A DNA stretch of 64,000 bases, taken from the NCBI GenBank assembly GCA_963796495.1, contig CAWCLU010000001.1:1470631-1534630 (forward strand), read 5' to 3'. The notes beneath the pieces are model-generated. The model was not told the origin of the DNA. It saw only the letters and a list, made by a program, of their open reading frames with translations, and made no database searches. Below, piece after piece: positions 58,181-64,000 of the stretch (positions are counted from its first letter, which is position 1; every line of letters begins with the position of its first letter). Position numbers and translations under genes: made by a program. Source of the stretch: an uncultured Acidobacteriota bacterium. GTDB taxonomy: Bacteria > Acidobacteriota > Terriglobia > Acidiferrales > UBA7541.

Positions 58181-59557
58181 ATGACGATGACGCGAAGCAC
58201 CTGGAGATGGCTCCTGCTGTTCGTTCTCGTGCCGCTCGCGGCCTGGGGACAGCAAGCCCGGACGCAGGGCGGCGGGACGGCGACGGCGAACGCGCCGGCC
58301 GCGGCGGCGGTGAACACCTATGGCAGCGGAGTCGAGGACGAGCCTTCGCTCACCGATGCCGGCTTCGTCCACAACTTTCTTTTTCTCGGCGCCGACCTGT
58401 CCTCGCGCTACGACGACAACGTCCGCCAAACCAACAGCGGACGGGTTGCCGACACCGGATTCGTCATCTCGCCGGAAATCGCGTTCCGGCGCGAAGGCGG
58501 ACGCGTGGGCGTGGCGTTCCGCTATCGGCCGACGCTGCTCTTCTACCGGCACGAAACAGCCTACAACGAGCAGGATCACGACCTCGGCTTCGACGGCAAC
58601 CTCCGCGCGACACAACAACTGAGCTTCCGCCTGCGGACCGACGTCGTCGACCGCAGCGGACTGCTTCAGTCCTTCTCCGGGCCCGCGGTGATTCCCGCGC
58701 TCGGTTCGCCGGGACATCTGAACGACACGATCGTCACGCCGTTCGCGAACGAGTTCGAGAACAACTCGCGGGCCGACGCGACCTACGAACTCAGTCCGCG
58801 CGCCGAGTTCGGCGTTTTCACGACCTACATGCTGCGATCGTTCGGGCAGCCGGCGCAGTCGCGGGTGGCGTTGTTTGAAACCGAGGGCCGGAGCGCGGGG
58901 GCGCGATACATCTACCGGACGAGCCCGCGGACGACGCTCGGCCTGGTCTACATGCACGAGGAGTTGCACATCGGCCCGCGGACGCGGCTCGGTCTCGACA
59001 CGCCGTCGGTGGGCCTGACGCTCGTGCTGTCGCCAAGCCTCTCCGTGAACGTCTACGGCGGGCCGGTCTACACGCGCCTGCGCGACACGATTCTCGTTCC
59101 TTTCGGGCCGCTCGTCACTCTGGCCTTTCCGAACGACCGGAACGACTGGCGCTGGGCGGCCGGCGGCGGACTCAGCCTGCGCGCGGGACGGACCGCGTTC
59201 CGGGCGAGCGCGTCGCACCAGGTGAGCGACGGCGGAGGCCTGCTGGACGCGGTGACTAGCGACGTGGCCGAGGCGAGCATCGAGCGGCGCATGGCGCGCG
59301 GCTGGACGGTCGAATGGGCGGCGGGATGGGAGCGCAACGCGTCGCTACCCTCGGCGCTCGTCGAAGGCGGGCTCGAAGGCGAGTACGGCCGCATCGTGAT
59401 CCGGCACCCGATTTCGGAAATGGTGAGCGCAGCCATGGGCTACCAGTTCCAGCGGCAGCGGGAAAGCGGGCCGGCGCCGATCGGCTCGAATTTCGACCGC
59501 AACTTCGTCTACGTCACGCTGGCGTATCGGTTCAAAAACATTCCTCTCGGACGGTGA
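58181..59557 (+). CDS. outer-membrane beta-barrel protein of EPS (PEP-CTERM-type) loci
   Basis: ORF 57731..59557. ATG 58181. Signal peptide, alternating-strand pattern and terminal ..VYVTLAYRF. Confidence 0.65.
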   Translation: MTMTRSTWRWLLLFVLVPLAAWGQQARTQGGGTATANAPAAAAVNTYGSGVEDEPSLTDAGFVHNFLFLGADLSSRYDDNVRQTNSGRVADTGFVISPEIAFRREGGRVGVAFRYRPTLLFYRHETAYNEQDHDLGFDGNLRATQQLSFRLRTDVVDRSGLLQSFSGPAVIPALGSPGHLNDTIVTPFANEFENNSRADATYELSPRAEFGVFTTYMLRSFGQPAQSRVALFETEGRSAGARYIYRTSPRTTLGLVYMHEELHIGPRTRLGLDTPSVGLTLVLSPSLSVNVYGGPVYTRLRDTILVPFGPLVTLAFPNDRNDWRWAAGGGLSLRAGRTAFRASASHQVSDGGGLLDAVTSDVAEASIERRMARGWTVEWAAGWERNASLPSALVEGGLEGEYGRIVIRHPISEMVSAAMGYQFQRQRESGPAPIGSNFDRNFVYVTLAYRFKNIPLGR

Positions 59558-61165
59558 GTGATGGACGAAAAGCAAAGGCAGCTCGATTGGCGTGATTACT
59601 GGGAGGTTTTGACGCGGCGGCGGTGGGTCCTCGCGGGCGCGCTGTTCGTTTGCGGCATCGCGGCGACGGTTGGAGCGGACCTGTGGCCGGTGCGTTACCG
59701 CTCCGACGCGCTGGTTCTGGTCGAGCGGCAGGACGTGCCGAAGGAATACGTCCAGCCGAACGTCACCGCCGATGCCAGCGAGCGTCTCGCGAGCATCCGG
59801 CAGCAGGTGCTCAGCCGCACGCGCCTCGAAAGCCTCATCGCCCGCTACCGCCTCTACCCGAACGACTCCGGGCGCCTCGGCCGCGACAAGCTGGTCGACG
59901 AGATGCGCAGGGACATCCGCGTCGTTCCGGTCGCGACGGCCGGGGGCCGCGGCCTGACCGCCTTCCGCATCGAGTACACCTACGATTCCCCGCGCGTGGC
60001 GCAACAGGTGGCCGGCGACCTGACGTCGGAGTTCATCAACGACAGCATCGAGGCGCGCACCGAGGCGTCGGTCGCGACGACGAATTTCCTCGAGGCGCAG
60101 TTGGCCGAGGCGCAGAAGACCTTGACCGGCGAGCAGGCGCGGCTGACCCGGTTCAACGCCCGTTACCTCGGCGAGTTGCCCGACCAGCAGCAGAGCAACG
60201 TGCAGATTGTGAGCGGCCTCGAGTCGCAGCTCTACGCCGAATCGAACGCGCTCGACCAGGCCAGGCAGCAGCGGATTTATCTCGAATCGCTCGCCGCGGC
60301 CTACCGCCGCGCGGCGCGGCAAGCCGCCGACGGAGCCGCCGGCCCCGGCGGCGGCGCGACGCCGCTCGCCGTCATCGACAAGACGATCGCGGGCCTCGAC
60401 GCCCGCCTCACCGCGCTCCAGGCGAAATACACGGCGAAGTTTCCGGACGTCGTCCGGACCCGCCAGCAACTCGAAGAGTGGCAGGCGATGCGCCGCAAGG
60501 CCGCGGCGGCGCGGACCGCTCCCGCCGCGGAGCCGGGACCCGCGGCGGAAACCGCGGATTCGGCCGCGACGGACGGTTCCCTCGCCCCGAATCTCGCCGA
60601 AGTCCAGAGCCGGCTCAAAGCGACCGAGGCGGAAATCGGCTATCACACCCGTCAAATCGCCCAGCTTCGTGGGCGCATCGCCGAGACCGAGACGCGCCTG
60701 CGGCTCACTCCGTTGCGTCAGCAGCAACTCGCCGACCTCACGCGCGACTATCAGAACGCCCGCGACAACTATCAGTCGCTGCTCCAGAAGAAACTGCAGT
60801 CGGCGCTCGCCACCAGTCTCGAAAAGCGCGAGGAGGGTGAGCGGCTGCGCGTGATCGATCCGCCGAGCCTGCCGCAGCAGCCGGTATCGCCGAATCGCCT
60901 GGAAATCATTCTGGCCGGCTGGGCCGCGGGCCTCGCGGCCGGCGTGGGGATTGTTGCCGCCGAGGAGATGACCGACCGAACGCTGCGCGGCACCTGCGAC
61001 GTCCATGGGGTGCTTCCCTGCCCGCTTCTCGCGCGGCTTCCCGTTCTGCGCTCGCCGGCCGACGCACGGCGCCGCGTCTGGATACGAGCCGGGGAGATCG
61101 CCGGGCTTGTGGTCCTGACCGTGGCCGCGGCCGGTTTTGCCGTTTACGTCCTGTTGGCGGCATAG
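59558..61165 (+). CDS. polysaccharide chain-length determinant (Wzz/GumC family)
   Basis: 535 aa. N-terminal TM after DYWEVLTRRRW, long coiled-coil periplasmic region, then IDPPSLPQQPVSPNR and a C-terminal TM. Confidence 0.82.
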   Translation: MMDEKQRQLDWRDYWEVLTRRRWVLAGALFVCGIAATVGADLWPVRYRSDALVLVERQDVPKEYVQPNVTADASERLASIRQQVLSRTRLESLIARYRLYPNDSGRLGRDKLVDEMRRDIRVVPVATAGGRGLTAFRIEYTYDSPRVAQQVAGDLTSEFINDSIEARTEASVATTNFLEAQLAEAQKTLTGEQARLTRFNARYLGELPDQQQSNVQIVSGLESQLYAESNALDQARQQRIYLESLAAAYRRAARQAADGAAGPGGGATPLAVIDKTIAGLDARLTALQAKYTAKFPDVVRTRQQLEEWQAMRRKAAAARTAPAAEPGPAAETADSAATDGSLAPNLAEVQSRLKATEAEIGYHTRQIAQLRGRIAETETRLRLTPLRQQQLADLTRDYQNARDNYQSLLQKKLQSALATSLEKREEGERLRVIDPPSLPQQPVSPNRLEIILAGWAAGLAAGVGIVAAEEMTDRTLRGTCDVHGVLPCPLLARLPVLRSPADARRRVWIRAGEIAGLVVLTVAAAGFAVYVLLAA

Positions 61166-61167
61166 CC

Positions 61168-62127
61168 ATGTATCTCGACCATTTCCAATTGACGCGCAAT
61201 CCGTTCGAGATGAGTCCCGATCCGCATTTCTTTTTCCCCACCGCGCAGCATCGCGAGGCGCTGGCCGGACTCGTCTACGGCATCACGGCGCGGAAGGGGT
61301 TTCTGGTGCTGACGGGCGAGGTGGGCACCGGGAAATCGCTCGTGGTCCGTTGCCTGCTCGACGCGCTCGACAAGCGCCGGGTCGCCTGCGCTTATGTCTT
61401 CAACAGCCTGCTCTCGCCGGGCGAATTCCTTCACTACATCGCCGAGGACCTGGGCGTCACGAGCGGGCCGTGCGCGAAGAACGAACTGCTCCTGCGTTTG
61501 AACCGTCACCTGATCGAGAACCACCTCAAGGGACTGACGACCGTCGCCATCATCGACGAGGCGCACCATCTCGACGCCGCAGTACTCGAGGAGGTTCGCC
61601 TGCTCACGAACCTCGAAACGCCGCAGGGCAAACTGCTGCAGATCGCGCTCGTCGGCCAGCCGGAACTTGACGCGAAGCTCGAAACGCACGACCTGCGCCA
61701 GCTCAAACAGCGCATCACGCTGCGCCTGCGCCTCGGCGGCCTCACCGCGCGGGAAACGTTCCGCTACGTCGAGGCGCGCCTCGCCGCCGCCGGAAACGCC
61801 TCCGGCGCGCTCTTCACCCCGGCCGCTCTGGCGATGATTCACTACTACTCGTCGGGAATCCCGCGCCTGGTGAACACGCTCGCCGACAACAGCCTGCTCG
61901 CCGCCTTCGCGGCGGGCCGGCGGCAGGTTGCGGTCGAGATGGTCGAGGAAGCGGCCGCGGACCTGCGCATGCGGCCCGAGTCGCGGGGCCTTTCGGCCTT
62001 CGCCCGGGAACTCGCCAGGGGTCCCCGTCGCGGCACGACCCTTCGCGCATCGGCCGCCGCGGCCGCCGCCGGAATCTCCCTCCAACGAAACGCACGAAAT
62101 CCCCGTCACCTGCGAGGCACAACATGA
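61168..62127 (+). CDS. ExeA-like AAA ATPase associated with EPS/PEP-CTERM loci
   Basis: 319 aa. Segments MYLDHFQLTRNPFEMSPDP, Walker A GEVGTGKS, Walker B IIDEAHHL, LVGQPEL. Confidence 0.82.
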   Translation: MYLDHFQLTRNPFEMSPDPHFFFPTAQHREALAGLVYGITARKGFLVLTGEVGTGKSLVVRCLLDALDKRRVACAYVFNSLLSPGEFLHYIAEDLGVTSGPCAKNELLLRLNRHLIENHLKGLTTVAIIDEAHHLDAAVLEEVRLLTNLETPQGKLLQIALVGQPELDAKLETHDLRQLKQRITLRLRLGGLTARETFRYVEARLAAAGNASGALFTPAALAMIHYYSSGIPRLVNTLADNSLLAAFAAGRRQVAVEMVEEAAADLRMRPESRGLSAFARELARGPRRGTTLRASAAAAAAGISLQRNARNPRHLRGTT

Positions 62128-63026
62128 GCCGGATTTTTGACGCACTCCGCAAGGCCGAAACCGAGCGCAACGAAGGCCAGGCCGCGACTGCCTTCACGGC
62201 AGCCCCGGCATGGCGCGAGGCGGCCGGCGGCGGCGCCCTTCCCACCGACGCGATCGATCGCCTGCCGGTGGTGCGCTGCGGACAGCCCGGACGCGGCCGC
62301 CGCTCGACGCCGCCCGGCGGCGCCGGCGAGGAGACCTTCCGCGTGCTGCGCCACCGACTGGAACTGATCCGGCGCCGGCGCCCACTCGGGAAACTCCTGG
62401 TGACGAGCGCCATCCCGAAAGAGGGAAAAACGACCGTCGCCACGAATCTCGCGGCGACGCTCGCCCGCACATCGAGCCGCGTGCTGCTCGTCGACGCCGA
62501 CCTCCGCCATCCGGGCGTCGATGGAGCGCTTGGTCTCTCGGGGATGGCCGGCCTCGGCGATTGGCTCGAAGAGCGAGCCGATCTCTCATCCGTTCTCCGG
62601 CGAGTCGAGCCGCACGGCTTCGTCTACCTCGCGGCCGGCGAGGCGCGCGCGAATCCCGCCGAATTGCTGCGCCGCGCCCCGCTTGCCGAATTTCTCGCGG
62701 CCTCGGCGGCGACGTTCGACTGGATCATCATCGATTCCCCGCCGCTCGTGCCGTTTGTTGACGCGCACCACCTGGCTACGCTCGCCGACGGCGTGCTCGT
62801 GGTGCTGCGGCAGGACGTGACGCCGCGCCCGGCGATCGAGCAGGCGTTCGCCGCGCTCGATCGCGCATTCGTTGCCGGGGCGGTGCTGAACGGCGTCCGC
62901 GACACGAACCGGGGCTACTACGACTATTACGGCGAGCAGCGAGTCGCGCGCCGTAGCCGGCCGCCCGACGCGCTCGACGCGCTCGACGCGCGCGCAGCCG
63001 CGGTCGAGGTGAGCGCGAATGATTAA
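62124..63026 (+). CDS. BY-kinase-type (CpsD/CapB) tyrosine autokinase
   Basis: 300 aa. Walker A PKEGKTT, A' LLVDADLRHP, B IIIDSPP, C-terminal Tyr cluster GYYDYYG. The start overlaps the upstream stop (ATGA). Confidence 0.82.
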   Translation: MSRIFDALRKAETERNEGQAATAFTAAPAWREAAGGGALPTDAIDRLPVVRCGQPGRGRRSTPPGGAGEETFRVLRHRLELIRRRRPLGKLLVTSAIPKEGKTTVATNLAATLARTSSRVLLVDADLRHPGVDGALGLSGMAGLGDWLEERADLSSVLRRVEPHGFVYLAAGEARANPAELLRRAPLAEFLAASAATFDWIIIDSPPLVPFVDAHHLATLADGVLVVLRQDVTPRPAIEQAFAALDRAFVAGAVLNGVRDTNRGYYDYYGEQRVARRSRPPDALDALDARAAAVEVSAND

Positions 63027-64000
63027 GGTGTTCCGCGTCCATCTGCCCGCGCGCACTTTGATCCTCGCCGCCTCGGAGGCCGTTCTCTCGGTCGGGCTGT
63101 TCGCGCTTGCCGTCGCCGGATGGCGCGACGGGGCCTGGCCCTGGCTCGTCTACGAAAACGGATTCCTGCGCATCGGCGCCGTCACCACGATCTTTCTTCT
63201 CTGCATGTACTACTACGATCTCTACGATTCGCTTGTCCTCAAGAGCCTGCGCGAAGCGCTCACGCGCCTGCCCGAAGTGCTGGGCACGGCGTGCCTGGCG
63301 CTGGCTGTCCTCTACCTCGCCGAACCGGGCATCCGGCTGCGGCTGGCTACGGTACTGCTGGGCATGGCGCTCGTCGGTCTCGCCATCGCCCTCCTCCGCC
63401 GCTTTTTCCTCGCCGTCAACCACTCGCCGCGACTGGCGGAGAGATTCCTGCTCGTGGGCGAAGGCCCGCTGGCGCAAGCGCTGGCGCGGGCCATCGAGCA
63501 AAGGCCGGAACTCGGGATCCGGGTCGTGAGCCAGGTGACGAAGGGAACGGGCGCGTTTGAAGCGGAAATTTCGGGCGGTGTCTCGCCGGCCTGGGCCGGC
63601 GGGCGAATCGACGGCGTCATTCTGGCGTCGGCGGGCGCGGCCGCGGCCGCGGCCCTCGCGCAATCCACCGGCATCGAGGTGCTCGACGGAATCGAGTTCT
63701 ACGAGATCGTGACGGGAAAGGTGTGGCTCGACGCGCTGCGATCGCGGCAGCCATTGGCGCGGCGCGCCGGGGCCGTTTCGCCCCTTCTGTTCGTGACCGA
63801 GCGACTGACATCGCTGGCGGTTTCGCTTTGCGCCCTGCTGCTGGCGGCTCCGTTCATGGCCGCGATCGCCGCGGCGATCTGGCTCGATTCGGGCGGGCCG
63901 GTCATTTTTCGCCAGCAGCGCGTCGGCAAGAACGGCCGCGTCTTCACACTCTACAAATTCCGTTCCATGCGGAACGGCAATCACGGGCCTTTTCGTCCGG
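63019..64000 (+). CDS. EpsB-type polyprenyl glycosylphosphotransferase (sugar transferase), 3'-partial at window edge
   Basis: Not in the ORF track because no stop falls in the window. ATG 63019 opens MIKVFRVHLPARTLILAASEAV.., with several TM segments. ..GGPVIFRQQRVGKNGRVFTLYKFRSM is the bacterial sugar-transferase signature. Confidence 0.8.
   Translation, partial: MIKVFRVHLPARTLILAASEAVLSVGLFALAVAGWRDGAWPWLVYENGFLRIGAVTTIFLLCMYYYDLYDSLVLKSLREALTRLPEVLGTACLALAVLYLAEPGIRLRLATVLLGMALVGLAIALLRRFFLAVNHSPRLAERFLLVGEGPLAQALARAIEQRPELGIRVVSQVTKGTGAFEAEISGGVSPAWAGGRIDGVILASAGAAAAAALAQSTGIEVLDGIEFYEIVTGKVWLDALRSRQPLARRAGAVSPLLFVTERLTSLAVSLCALLLAAPFMAAIAAAIWLDSGGPVIFRQQRVGKNGRVFTLYKFRSMRNGNHGPFRP

Noticed and set aside
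1-64000. CRISPR array
   Set aside because: The repeated palindromes found (families A-F) are dispersed singly or in inverted pairs in different intergenic regions. They are not arranged as regularly spaced direct repeats. No cas genes are present.

Overview
High-GC chromosomal segment with about 55 protein genes, one tRNA and one IS element. The gene content and the many dispersed GC-rich palindromic (REP-like) repeats suggest an Acidobacteriota-type soil bacterium; this is inference only. Housekeeping content: aminotransferase, amidohydrolase, nadE, ispG, a PfkB kinase, an mlaEFD-like operon, the gcvT-gcvH-gcvPA-gcvPB operon, ilvE, an MIP channel, recX and ggt. Accessory content: an IS481-family element inserted in a hairpin downstream of nadE; a lower-GC secreted-protein/lipoprotein/OMP cassette; a large Ig-like repeat lipoprotein; a decayed ClpB-D2-like ATPase with a small partner gene. 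The 3' end (56.4 kb onward) holds a PEP-CTERM-type exopolysaccharide export and chain-length locus headed by a receiver-less sigma-54 activator. Two things stand out. (1) An OsmC/Ohr-family gene has an in-frame TGA exactly at the catalytic cysteine position, followed by a SECIS-like hairpin, so it is a candidate selenoprotein. (2) At least ten otherwise recognisable genes carry frameshifts or a nonsense codon, and the hits are clustered rather than evenly spread. This means either real gene decay or local assembly errors. No CRISPR array, prophage or rRNA was seen. Many very long ORFs in the track are antisense shadow ORFs typical of high-GC DNA and were rejected.
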